From: Spirochaetota bacterium
Lineage (GTDB): Bacteria; Spirochaetota; UBA4802; UBA5550
Assembly: GCA_035403545.1 (NCBI GenBank)
Contig: DAONFJ010000005.1
Location: 3,629-67,628 of the forward strand
Length of the DNA stretch: 64,000 nt
Direction of reading: 5' to 3'
In this document: positions 47,414 to 56,426 of the stretch, in pieces
How the letters are laid out: each line of letters begins with the position of its first letter
Position numbering within the stretch: the first letter of the stretch is position 1
Notes under the pieces: generated by a model
What the model was told of the DNA's origin: nothing
Database searches by the model: none
What the model saw: the letters and a program-made list of their open reading frames with translations, nothing else
Program-made: the position numbers and the translations under genes

Positions 47414-47794
47414 TCATTTTTTTAAAAATTTAAACTTCCAGTCTATCTTTTTATTCTCAAGGTATTTTTCAAACTCCCTTACTGTAGAAAAATATTCTTT
47501 ATATGGTGTATCGAAGTATTCACACGAACCTTCAAAATTTCCATGATCTCTGCATATTGACGGACGGTTGTTATAAATAGTACATCTTTTATTCAAATTC
47601 ATTTTATCGCACGGTGTACGAAATTCGACATACCATGTTCTGGAGTGATCTATAAACACATTCACATTTTTGTGTGCGAGGTACCATCGGATACTGTCAT
47701 AATCTTTTTTGCGCGCAGGTTTTTCAAGTTCAACTGCAACATAGCTGCAGCAGCTCCCTCCGCATTCAGCACATGGCGGTGTAAATTCTTCCAT
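47414..47794 (-). CDS. YkgJ-family Cys-cluster (Zn/Fe-chelating, UPF0153) protein
   Basis: CAECGGSCCS N-terminal cluster plus CTIYNNRPSICRD, the characteristic YkgJ layout. Confidence 0.6.
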   Translation of the reverse strand: MEEFTPPCAECGGSCCSYVAVELEKPARKKDYDSIRWYLAHKNVNVFIDHSRTWYVEFRTPCDKMNLNKRCTIYNNRPSICRDHGNFEGSCEYFDTPYKEYFSTVREFEKYLENKKIDWKFKFLKK

Positions 47795-47901
47795 AACTCT
47801 TCCATTCTTATTAGTATTGTTTAAAATTGCAGGTCAGTTTTAAAAATTCTGTCGTTATAACCGCAGAAACTCAAGCTGTTGCTTTGAAACCTTCATAAAA
47901 T

Positions 47902-49449
47902 TTATTCTTTAGTATCAGATTTTAGTTTAATTACAGTTCTGATATTGTTAACTATATCAGAAGCACTCATTGTCGATGCAATCGACGATTCACTATATAC
48001 ATCAGCGCATAATCCGTGAATAAATACACCTGTAGCAGCAGCTTCTACTGGAGATATATCTGTATTCATCAACGCACCTATTATACCTGAAAGGACATCT
48101 CCTGAACCGGCCGTTGCAAGGCCGTTATTACCGGTTGTATTTATATAGGAGTTCTCTCCATCGGATATAATTGATGACGGCCCCTTCAATACGGTAATAC
48201 AGCCTGTCTGCAGTGCAAGCTCAACACATGCTGCTAATCTATTATTCTTTATGGTACTGATCTCTTTTTTTAGAATTCTTGATGCTTCCATGAAATGGGG
48301 TGTTATAATAAAATCTATATTTTCAGGTAATTTTTCATTCACTAAAAAATTTGATAAATGGAAAAGACCGTCACCGTCAATAAGTACTCTTTTTATTTCC
48401 GCATGATTTAAATATTTTATTACACTTCTGAAAAGCTTTTCTGCATAGACGGTTCTTCCTAACCCCGGTCCGATAATCAAAGATGTAAACTTTTTGACTT
48501 TTAATAATTCTTTCAATTCCGGTGAATCAGGATCTTCAGGAAGTGATAATGTCATAGATTCAGGTACAATCCCTGCAATTATTTCTCTGGATTCTTCCAG
48601 GGTTGCAATTGTTACAAGTCCGGTTCCGGTATGAAAGAGCGCAGATGCAGTAAGTATTGCTGCGCCTTCCATGTTTGTGAAACCGCCGATTAAAAGAGTG
48701 TGCCCTTTGTCGCCTTTATGTATATCGGGGAGAGTATTAAAAATTTTAAATGTACTGTATAAACTGTCATTGATTAATGTGACTTTTAATTTTTCATCTG
48801 AAGTCAGATAAGCAGGGAAACCGATATCTTCAGTTATCAATTCGCCGCAATAGGGTTTACACGGATAAGTCACAAGAGAAATTTTCGGAAGTCCTATAGT
48901 GATTGTATAATCAGCGCGGATAAATTCTCCTGATGGCGGTTCTCCGTTAGAGCTCAGGCCGCTCGGGATATCTATAGAAACAATTGTATTATCAGATTTA
49001 TTTACTGATTTAATAAACTCAAGCGGAATGCCGCTGGGGATACCTTCAAATCCTGTTCCAAGAATTGCATCAATAATGACTCCGCCACCCTGTATGTTAA
49101 TAGAAGAAACATTCTGGCCATTAATTTCATGAATGGGTAATTTTAACTTTTGGCAAAGATTTAAGAATATTCTGGATGTTTCAGATACTTTATCTGTTTT
49201 TCCGGAAAGATAAATTTGCGGAATGATTCCTTTATTCGAAAGATAGTAGGCTGTAGTAAATCCATCTCCGCCGTTATTTCCTGTGCCGCAGAAAATTGTT
49301 ACTGCTTTATTATTAAATTTTTTTTCAACAAATTCAGCAACAGATTTTCCTGCGTTATTCATTAATACTGACGCGGGAATCCCGATTTCATCAATCGAAA
49401 TCCGGTCAATTTCACGCATTTCACCGGATGTTACTACTTTGGTTATCAT
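47902..49449 (-). CDS. nnr: Bifunctional NAD(P)H-hydrate repair enzyme (epimerase + ADP-dependent dehydratase)
   Basis: YjeF_N motif FCGTGNNGGDGF. Kinase-fold C-terminus with KGDKGHTLLIGG and AGSGDVLSGIIGAL. I prefer the ATG at 49449, 2 nt after the upstream stop; the longer ORF uses TTG at 49464. Confidence 0.88.
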   Translation of the reverse strand: MITKVVTSGEMREIDRISIDEIGIPASVLMNNAGKSVAEFVEKKFNNKAVTIFCGTGNNGGDGFTTAYYLSNKGIIPQIYLSGKTDKVSETSRIFLNLCQKLKLPIHEINGQNVSSINIQGGGVIIDAILGTGFEGIPSGIPLEFIKSVNKSDNTIVSIDIPSGLSSNGEPPSGEFIRADYTITIGLPKISLVTYPCKPYCGELITEDIGFPAYLTSDEKLKVTLINDSLYSTFKIFNTLPDIHKGDKGHTLLIGGFTNMEGAAILTASALFHTGTGLVTIATLEESREIIAGIVPESMTLSLPEDPDSPELKELLKVKKFTSLIIGPGLGRTVYAEKLFRSVIKYLNHAEIKRVLIDGDGLFHLSNFLVNEKLPENIDFIITPHFMEASRILKKEISTIKNNRLAACVELALQTGCITVLKGPSSIISDGENSYINTTGNNGLATAGSGDVLSGIIGALMNTDISPVEAAATGVFIHGLCADVYSESSIASTMSASDIVNNIRTVIKLKSDTKE

Positions 49450-49450
49450 T

Positions 49451-50509
49451 CTACTTCCATTCAAAAATTTTCATAGTGTCATCATAAATATGATACGAAT
49501 AAATTGTACCGTTTTCATCGTGAATAATTTTTGAAAAGATATTGTTATTATCAAACTCGACTTTAATATTATTAATAATATTTCCGTCCATATTTACCAG
49601 CATGAATTTAATTTCTTTGCCTTCAATATTCCAGAAGTATAAAATTTTATCGTCAACTATATTGAAGAGAACATTCTTGGGATCCTGTATGCTTGTTATC
49701 TCTCTGACAATTTTATCTTTTTCAAGAGAAAATTCATAAATCTTTCTGTATTTAAATCTTACATCATGATAATACGCTACAGAAATTACTACTTCCTCTC
49801 CGCTCTTAAGTATTACAATGTTTTCGATTTTTCCGTTGTATACATCTTTATTTTCAGTTTCTTTAAAATCAAGTTTTGAAAAGTCTATATACTTTTCTCT
49901 TTTTTTCTTATTGAATCTGAACAGTTCCCATGTGTTGAAAGTTCTTGATAAAACAAACAGTCTGTCATCTGAATCTATGAAAAGTTTTTCTATGTAAAAA
50001 AATGGTATGTCCGGTGTACCGGTTTTACCCATCGTATACTGAAGCTCGCCGTTTTCATTGAATACCAGTATATATGACGGTGAAAAGTTTGCTCCCTCCT
50101 GGTCTCCGCCCAGTGAACTTTTTGTCAGTAAACGGTTCTGGACATAGATGTTGTTATCGTCATCCATTGTCATGCAGCCGATAATGTTGAAATTGAAATT
50201 TACTGTTTTATACTTATTTTTATCAATAGACTGCAGAGATCCTATAATCAGTTCCGGCACAGGGTTTCCGTCAAGTATCTGGAGCCTTTTAAGATTATTA
50301 TCCGCGGTAATTATTTTATTTTTATGTACTTCTATTCTGAATGAGAGATCATTCAGCGAGTATTCATCCCTCACTATCTGGATCTGTCCCGGGCCGTCAC
50401 CGCTTTTGATTGAGGCAACAGTTTTTGAAGTAAGTGAATTAACAAACCATTGAGTACAGCCGCTAATTGAAATAAGACTTATTAATGCCGGTATTATTAT
50501 TTTTTTCAT
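49451..50509 (-). CDS. Lipoprotein, unknown function
   Basis: Lipobox SISGC. Beta-rich, repetitive hydrophobic/Asp-Asn pattern. No family recognised. Confidence 0.45.
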   Translation of the reverse strand: MKKIIIPALISLISISGCTQWFVNSLTSKTVASIKSGDGPGQIQIVRDEYSLNDLSFRIEVHKNKIITADNNLKRLQILDGNPVPELIIGSLQSIDKNKYKTVNFNFNIIGCMTMDDDNNIYVQNRLLTKSSLGGDQEGANFSPSYILVFNENGELQYTMGKTGTPDIPFFYIEKLFIDSDDRLFVLSRTFNTWELFRFNKKKREKYIDFSKLDFKETENKDVYNGKIENIVILKSGEEVVISVAYYHDVRFKYRKIYEFSLEKDKIVREITSIQDPKNVLFNIVDDKILYFWNIEGKEIKFMLVNMDGNIINNIKVEFDNNNIFSKIIHDENGTIYSYHIYDDTMKIFEWK

Positions 50510-50548
50510 ATTCGACCATTCATCCCTTTTAGAAGATTTGCGAAGCCT

Positions 50549-51364
50549 CTATTTGAAATAATTTACTGCGTTATTGAAAAGGGTTATACCGTCGCTATAA
50601 ACCGGAATATCTTTTCCTTCACGGATATATTTTTCTTTTAATAAAGTCCAGTCGTCTCTTTGTGTAAAAAACATTCCTCTTTCGGGGTGCGGCATCATCC
50701 CCAGAATTCTGCCGTCAGGACTGCATATTGAAGCTATGTCATTCATTGAACCATTAGGATTAAAGGGAAATTCAGTTTGTGCTCTTGTCCCGTCGCTTTT
50801 AATATATCGCATTGAAACAAGATTCATAGATTCAATTTTATCAATTGTGTCTTCAGGTGCATAAAAATTTCCTTCACCATGAGCTACCGGTATATGCATT
50901 CTTTCAATATTTTTTGTAAAGATAGAAGGTGAATCCTTTTCTACCATAACGTCGACCCATCTGCACTGATACCTGAAAGATTTATTATACTCAAGTGCGG
51001 TCTGTGCCGTCCCGTCGAATCCATCCAGCAGAGGAAGAAGTCCGAGATTTACCAGGACCTGGAATCCGTTGCATATCCCGAGAGTTAACGTATCGCGTTC
51101 AATAAATCTTTTAATCTCCTCAAAAAGATTATTCTTCATTCTGTTTGCAAGGGCTTTTCCGCTTCCGGTATCATCACCGTAAGAAAAACCTCCGGGAAAA
51201 ACGAGTATCTGAAACTCATTAAGAATATTTTTATTTTCAATAAGATCATTAATATGAATAATCTTTGATGAGGAACCGGCCGTGTTAAAAGCGAAGGCAG
51301 TCTCCTCTTCACAATTTATTCCATAGCCTGTTAGAACAAGCGTTGCAGGTTTTGTCATTTGCAA
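50549..51364 (-). CDS. purQ: FGAM synthase glutaminase subunit (PurQ; resembles the C-terminal domain of large PurL)
   Basis: LTGYGINCEEE, FPGGFSYGDD, catalytic LGICNGFQ, HGEG and MPHPERG. Confidence 0.85.
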   Translation of the reverse strand: MQMTKPATLVLTGYGINCEEETAFAFNTAGSSSKIIHINDLIENKNILNEFQILVFPGGFSYGDDTGSGKALANRMKNNLFEEIKRFIERDTLTLGICNGFQVLVNLGLLPLLDGFDGTAQTALEYNKSFRYQCRWVDVMVEKDSPSIFTKNIERMHIPVAHGEGNFYAPEDTIDKIESMNLVSMRYIKSDGTRAQTEFPFNPNGSMNDIASICSPDGRILGMMPHPERGMFFTQRDDWTLLKEKYIREGKDIPVYSDGITLFNNAVNYFK

Positions 51365-51368
51365 TTCC

Positions 51369-54368
51369 TTAATATTTTTTTAGCTTTTTTTTGTAATTAT
51401 AGTCTATTTCAGGGATGTCTGTATTTATAATTTTTTTACCGGCAATTCCTTCAATTGTGAAAACAGCGCCCGGCTTCACGGTGCCGATCATATGAACCGG
51501 CAGGCCGGAAAATATTTGTTCAAATTTTCCCTTATTATCAGGATTAACGGAAACAAGAAATCTTCCCTGTGATTCTGAATATAAAAGGATATCGTTTCTC
51601 TGGATATCATTATTATTGATTTTTGAAAGTTTAATTTCGCATCCGAGCATTCCGGCTATGGCTGATTTTGCTGCAGCAACTGCAAGTCCCCCTCTCTCAA
51701 TGCTTATGCATGAAGCGGCAAGTCTTTCATCAATTGCTTTTTCTATCGCTTTATATATTCTTTTTGAGAGCCCGGCATTTACTTTGGGAATATTAGTTCC
51801 TGTAAATTTTTCGTTCTGTTCCTTTTCTCCGATATAGGCGTTATATTCGCTACCGCCGGTTTCGTCACCTGTAATTCCCACCAGGTAGATAAGGTCTCCT
51901 GGAAATTTAAAATCTATTGTTACAGCTTTTGTAATGTCTTTCATTACTCCTATTGATGAGATAAGAAGTGTCGGCGGTATGGAAATATTTATTTCGTTAA
52001 AATCCTCATCATAACCTTTAAAGTCGTTGAACATGCTGTCTTTGCCGGATATGTACGGAGTACCGTATGCAACAGCGAAATCATAACATGCCTTTGCCGC
52101 ATTTTTAAGCTGCCATAACCTGAACGGATTATTTGAGTCGCACCAGCAGAAATTGTCAAGAATTGCAAGGTGATCAATCGACGCACCTGCTGATACCGCA
52201 TTTCTTATTGCTGTATCAATAGAACATGCCGCCATCCAGTATGTGTCAATATCGCTGTATGAGGGATATAATCCCTGCGAGAGGACAACTCCTCTATCTG
52301 AAGAAAGCAGAGGCCTGATTACCGAAACATTGGAATTAACTCTTCCTTTTCCCTGAAGAGGTTTTGTGACGGAACCACCCTGTACTTCATGATCATATTG
52401 AGATGATATATACTCAAAGCTGCAGATATTCAGTCTTGAAAGCATATTGTGAAAAACTTCGTTCAGATCTTCCGGCTCACGGAATGCAGCAAACTTTATT
52501 TCAGCTTCAGGTTTTTCGGTATAAAGATTTCGTTTGGGAAGTCCGTCGTGAAGGAAATCGAGGTCGAGGTTGAATATCTCATTATTTTTATATCTTACTA
52601 CACCACGGCCTGATGAAGTAAACTTTCCGATAATTGTTGCTTCAACTCCACGTTTATTCATAAGAGAAATAAATTCATCAGTTTTACTATCCGGCACTGA
52701 AAGAGTCATACGCTCCTGTGATTCACTGACCCACACCTGCCAGGGGGACAAACCGTGATACTTTAGCGGGATGTTCTCAAGATCAACGACGAATCCGCCG
52801 CATTCCTTTGCCATCTCGGCAACCGAACATGAAAGCCCGCCGGCTCCGTTATCAGTAATTGAGTTGTAAAGCCCGGCGTCCCTTGCTTCCTTTACTATCG
52901 CGTCAGATAATTTTTTCTGGGTAATCGGATCTCCGATCTGGACAGCAGTCGCGGGACTTCCGGATGATAAAGCTTCGGAGGAAAAGGTCGCACCATGAAT
53001 TCCATCTTTGCCGACGCGTCCCCCTACTACAATAATATTATCTCCGTCCATTGCATTTTTTTCAACTGATGAACGGCCTGCAGTTTTTTTCGGCATAAGT
53101 CCGATTGTACCGACGAAAACAAGCGGTTTCCCTTTATATCTTTTGTCGAAGTAGATGAATCCCTGCGGTGTGGGAATACCGGATGTGTTTCCGCCGGCGT
53201 TGACGCCATGAACAACTCCTTCCATAATTCTTCGGGGAGAGAGAAGTTTTGAATCTTCAGATTTGTTTTTATATACCGGTACTTCATCTTCCGGATCAGC
53301 AAAGCAGAAACCGAAACGGTTTGCTACAGGTTTTGCACCCATTCCAAAACCGATAGAATCTCTGTTTACTCCGACAATTCCTGTAATCGCTCCTCCGAAA
53401 GGATCAAGCGCACTCGGACTGTTATGTGTTTCAACTTTATCTGATATAATAAAATCTTCATCGAAGTCTATTCCCCCGGAATTGTCGGTGAAAACTGATA
53501 CACAGAAGTCTTTATCTCCCTTTTCTTTCCTTATTCTTGCAGTAGCCTCACGGATGTAGCTTTTGTAAATTCCTCCCGGTGTATCATCATCTATCGCAGC
53601 CGCAAAAATTGTATGCTTGCAGTGTTCACTCCATGTCTGGGCGATCGATTCAAGTTCGATGTCGGTTGGTTCTCTTTTCTCTTTGTTATGAAAGTATTCT
53701 TTAATAATATTCATTGAAAGCAGGTCAAGAGCGAGGGGGCCTCTTCTTGTCCCGTCGCTGTTCGCGATCCCTTCGCGTCCTAAAATCTGCATGGATTCAT
53801 CATCAATACTAAGATTTACAAGGTCTACGCCTGAATCCTCGGCGATATGAACTACAGGTATTTCATACCCCATTCCGCCGTTTGAAATGTATTCACTTTT
53901 GGACAAAATTTTAATTCTATGTATAAGCGGATTATACAGCTCTTTACCAATTGAATAAATAATATCAGGATTTAAATTTCCTTTGAAAAAATAACAGGTG
54001 GTGTAAAAAACGGATTTTTCATTATCCAGCTTTTTCTTAAAAAAATCTTCCAGCGATTCCCTTACTGTATGTGAAATATTATCGGTAACCCCCGGCAGAA
54101 AACCGATTTCAATGCAATAATCAAAGTTTTCGGGATTATACGGATTGTTGATTGAATAATTCTGAGTTACCGGCTGTATTAGAGTTTCCGCTGCAGATTT
54201 TATATCATTCTCATTTACATCAATATCCAATAAATAATTATCTGCCAGGTATACTTTATCTATTGAGTATCCGAGTCTGTTAAATTTATCTCCAACTGCT
54301 GCTCCTCGCGGGTCATCTTTTTTATAAAAAACTTCAATTCTGAATTTTGCAATGCTTGGTTGTGGCAT
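51369..54368 (-). CDS. purL: FGAM synthase synthetase subunit (PurL) with PurS-like N-terminal domain
   Basis: WSEHCKH, ETHNSPSALDPFGGAITG, duplicated AIRS-type domains (DNGAGGLS, ESQERM). ATG at 54368 with a GGAG 8 nt upstream; the ORF-track GTG extension to 54419 is unlikely. Confidence 0.88.
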   Translation of the reverse strand: MPQPSIAKFRIEVFYKKDDPRGAAVGDKFNRLGYSIDKVYLADNYLLDIDVNENDIKSAAETLIQPVTQNYSINNPYNPENFDYCIEIGFLPGVTDNISHTVRESLEDFFKKKLDNEKSVFYTTCYFFKGNLNPDIIYSIGKELYNPLIHRIKILSKSEYISNGGMGYEIPVVHIAEDSGVDLVNLSIDDESMQILGREGIANSDGTRRGPLALDLLSMNIIKEYFHNKEKREPTDIELESIAQTWSEHCKHTIFAAAIDDDTPGGIYKSYIREATARIRKEKGDKDFCVSVFTDNSGGIDFDEDFIISDKVETHNSPSALDPFGGAITGIVGVNRDSIGFGMGAKPVANRFGFCFADPEDEVPVYKNKSEDSKLLSPRRIMEGVVHGVNAGGNTSGIPTPQGFIYFDKRYKGKPLVFVGTIGLMPKKTAGRSSVEKNAMDGDNIIVVGGRVGKDGIHGATFSSEALSSGSPATAVQIGDPITQKKLSDAIVKEARDAGLYNSITDNGAGGLSCSVAEMAKECGGFVVDLENIPLKYHGLSPWQVWVSESQERMTLSVPDSKTDEFISLMNKRGVEATIIGKFTSSGRGVVRYKNNEIFNLDLDFLHDGLPKRNLYTEKPEAEIKFAAFREPEDLNEVFHNMLSRLNICSFEYISSQYDHEVQGGSVTKPLQGKGRVNSNVSVIRPLLSSDRGVVLSQGLYPSYSDIDTYWMAACSIDTAIRNAVSAGASIDHLAILDNFCWCDSNNPFRLWQLKNAAKACYDFAVAYGTPYISGKDSMFNDFKGYDEDFNEINISIPPTLLISSIGVMKDITKAVTIDFKFPGDLIYLVGITGDETGGSEYNAYIGEKEQNEKFTGTNIPKVNAGLSKRIYKAIEKAIDERLAASCISIERGGLAVAAAKSAIAGMLGCEIKLSKINNNDIQRNDILLYSESQGRFLVSVNPDNKGKFEQIFSGLPVHMIGTVKPGAVFTIEGIAGKKIINTDIPEIDYNYKKKLKKY

Positions 54369-54755
54369 AAATATTCTCCATTTAATGGATTTATTTAAAA
54401 TAACACCGGAAATGTCCACAATTTTTCACGATTTAACTGAATGTCAGCTTTAGAGTTATTTTTTTTCAGTGATGGTTTTAAAGAAACAGCTGCATATTCT
54501 TTAGAAAGTCTCTTTTGTATTGGAATGCATCGGCGGGAAATATTACTGTTTTTTTTGATATTTATTTAAAATAATTTGACTTATAATATCATAAGTAACA
54601 AAAAATCTTCTATATTTACAAATAAAGATGTAATTATTAACTATTCATAAATACATAAAAATAATGATTCTCACTGCGCAGAGCGCGGCGGAAATAAAGT
54701 TTCATTTCAATTTACGATTAGTTATTTTATTTTTAATGAAAAAGCGAGGTTTTTA

Positions 54756-55301
54756 ATGCTGACAGTCGAAGAAAATAAGGTGGTAACCTTCGAATATACA
54801 CTAAAAAATGACAGTGGTGAAATTTTAGACAGCTCTGCTAAAACTGCTCCTCTGGAATATCTTCATGGTGCGGGTAATATAATCCCGGGTCTTGAGTCGG
54901 AACTTGAAGGGAAGAAGGTTGGTGATAAATTTAAAGCTTCAATCGAAGCAGAAGATGCATACGGCCTTAGATTTGAAGAACTTGTTCAAAAGATAGATAA
55001 AGATAAACTTTCTCATCTCCCAAGTATCGAAGTCGGTATGCAGCTTCAGGCTTATGATGAAGATGGAATGCAGATTCTTACAGTTGTTGAAGTGTCTGAC
55101 ACTGAAGTTACTCTTGACGGCAATCATCCGTTAGCAGGTGAAAAACTTCATTTTGATGTTGAGATTGTTGACATCAGGGACGCAACTGAAGATGAAATCG
55201 AATTCGGCCTCAATGGCGGAGATTGCGGCTGCGGCGACGGATGCGGTTCTGAAGATTCCAAAGGCGGCGGTTGCGGTGGTTGCGGCGGCGGATGCTGTTA
55301 A
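54756..55301 (+). CDS. slyD: SlyD-type FKBP peptidyl-prolyl isomerase with Cys/Gly-rich C-terminal tail
   Basis: VVTFEYTLKNDSGEILDSS...LEYLHGAGNIIPGLE...HPLAGEKLHFDVEIVDIR with an IF-chaperone insert. The tail reads GGDCGCGDGCG...GGGCGGCGGGCC. Confidence 0.85.
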   Translation: MLTVEENKVVTFEYTLKNDSGEILDSSAKTAPLEYLHGAGNIIPGLESELEGKKVGDKFKASIEAEDAYGLRFEELVQKIDKDKLSHLPSIEVGMQLQAYDEDGMQILTVVEVSDTEVTLDGNHPLAGEKLHFDVEIVDIRDATEDEIEFGLNGGDCGCGDGCGSEDSKGGGCGGCGGGCC

Positions 55302-55338
55302 TAAAATCAGTTAAATCCATTTCATACAAGGTATAAAT

Positions 55339-56334
55339 ATGACTTCGAAACTTCCGGGAATTTGTTTTGTTGGATGCGGTAAAATAGCACAATCTCATGC
55401 TAAAATTCTTAAAAGCCTGTATAGCGGCATTCCGCTGTTTTTTTACGATAAAGACAAGACAAAGTCCCTGGAGTTTAAGTCAAAATTTAATGGTATAAGT
55501 TCTTTTCCTGATATCTCTCATGCTTTTGATAATAAAGATGTTAATATTATTTTTATTACCACTCCCCACGCCTTTCATTCCGAAATTGCCTGTGAAGCGG
55601 CAAAACATGGAAAAGATATAATAATTGAAAAGCCCATAACCAGAAATTTAAATGAACTTAAAAAAATAATTTCAGCTGCTGATAAATATAAAGTCAGATG
55701 TACTGTAGCTGAAAATTATCTCTATAAAAGTTTTATTTATAAAATCCGTGATGCTATTGCCAGAGGATACATCGGCAAACCGCTGTTTATTGAAGTAAAT
55801 AAGTCAAACAGGGATACGATCAGCGGATGGAGAACCGATCCTGAACTTATGGGCGGAGGTGCGCTTCTCGAAGGGGGCGTTCATTGGGTTAACCTCCTTG
55901 TTTCACTCGCGGATTCTAAAGCACAAAGTGTTATTGCCGTAAAACCTGAAATTAAATATGACACGAACATTCCATTTGAAGATTCAATGAATCTTATGGT
56001 TAAATTTGAAAATGGAATAAACGGCAAACTTTTTCATTCATGGAGAATACCAAACAGGTTCAAGGGAATAGGACTTTCGAAAATTTATGGTACTGATGGT
56101 GTCATTACTTTTGAGAGTAACGGACTCTTTACTTCAGTTTACGGAATCAGGAAGAAAAAATACCTCGCCGATTTTACGGATTTTCTCGGATATAAAAAAA
56201 TGCTTAAATCTTTTGTAGATGATTACTGCAATGGTAAGCCATGGGAACCCGGGCTTGATAGAATATCGATGGAATTAAAACTCGTTGAGTCAGCTTACAG
56301 GTCAATTAAAAGCTGCAAGTTTGAACAGATTTGA
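55339..56334 (+). CDS. Gfo/Idh/MocA-family NAD(P)-dependent oxidoreductase
   Basis: Rossmann motif ICFVGCGKIAQSH and the EKP motif (IIIEKPITRN). About 330 aa. Confidence 0.75.
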   Translation: MTSKLPGICFVGCGKIAQSHAKILKSLYSGIPLFFYDKDKTKSLEFKSKFNGISSFPDISHAFDNKDVNIIFITTPHAFHSEIACEAAKHGKDIIIEKPITRNLNELKKIISAADKYKVRCTVAENYLYKSFIYKIRDAIARGYIGKPLFIEVNKSNRDTISGWRTDPELMGGGALLEGGVHWVNLLVSLADSKAQSVIAVKPEIKYDTNIPFEDSMNLMVKFENGINGKLFHSWRIPNRFKGIGLSKIYGTDGVITFESNGLFTSVYGIRKKKYLADFTDFLGYKKMLKSFVDDYCNGKPWEPGLDRISMELKLVESAYRSIKSCKFEQI

Positions 56335-56372
56335 TTTTTACTGATCACTCATGAAAGTTTTATTATAAACAA

Positions 56373-56406
56373 AACCCTCGCCGAAGACGAGGGTTACTTA
56401 TTTTTG
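56373..56406. terminator. Bidirectional intrinsic terminator between convergent genes
   Basis: AACCCTCG (56373-56380), loop ccgaaga, CGAGGGTT (56388-56395). It is followed by ACTTATTTTTG on the + strand and by TTTGTTTATAAT on the - strand. Confidence 0.6.
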
Positions 56407-56426
56407 ATCTTGTAAAATTACAGCGC

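Noticed and set aside
54369-54419. GTG-initiated 17-codon N-terminal extension of purL in the ORF track (MDISGVILNKSIKWRIF).
   Set aside because: The ATG at 54368 has a GGAG about 8 nt upstream, and the PurS-like domain begins right after it. The extension looks like untranslated leader.
54420-54755. Possible purine, ZTP or other riboswitch in the 336-bp divergent spacer between purL and slyD, including a small GC hairpin GCGC-AGA-GCGC near 54675.
   Set aside because: Reading both strands, I could not find the purine-riboswitch core (UAUGGUUUGGGAGU-type) or the ZTP CCGCCUGGGC-type 3' element. Only an Infernal/Rfam scan could settle it.
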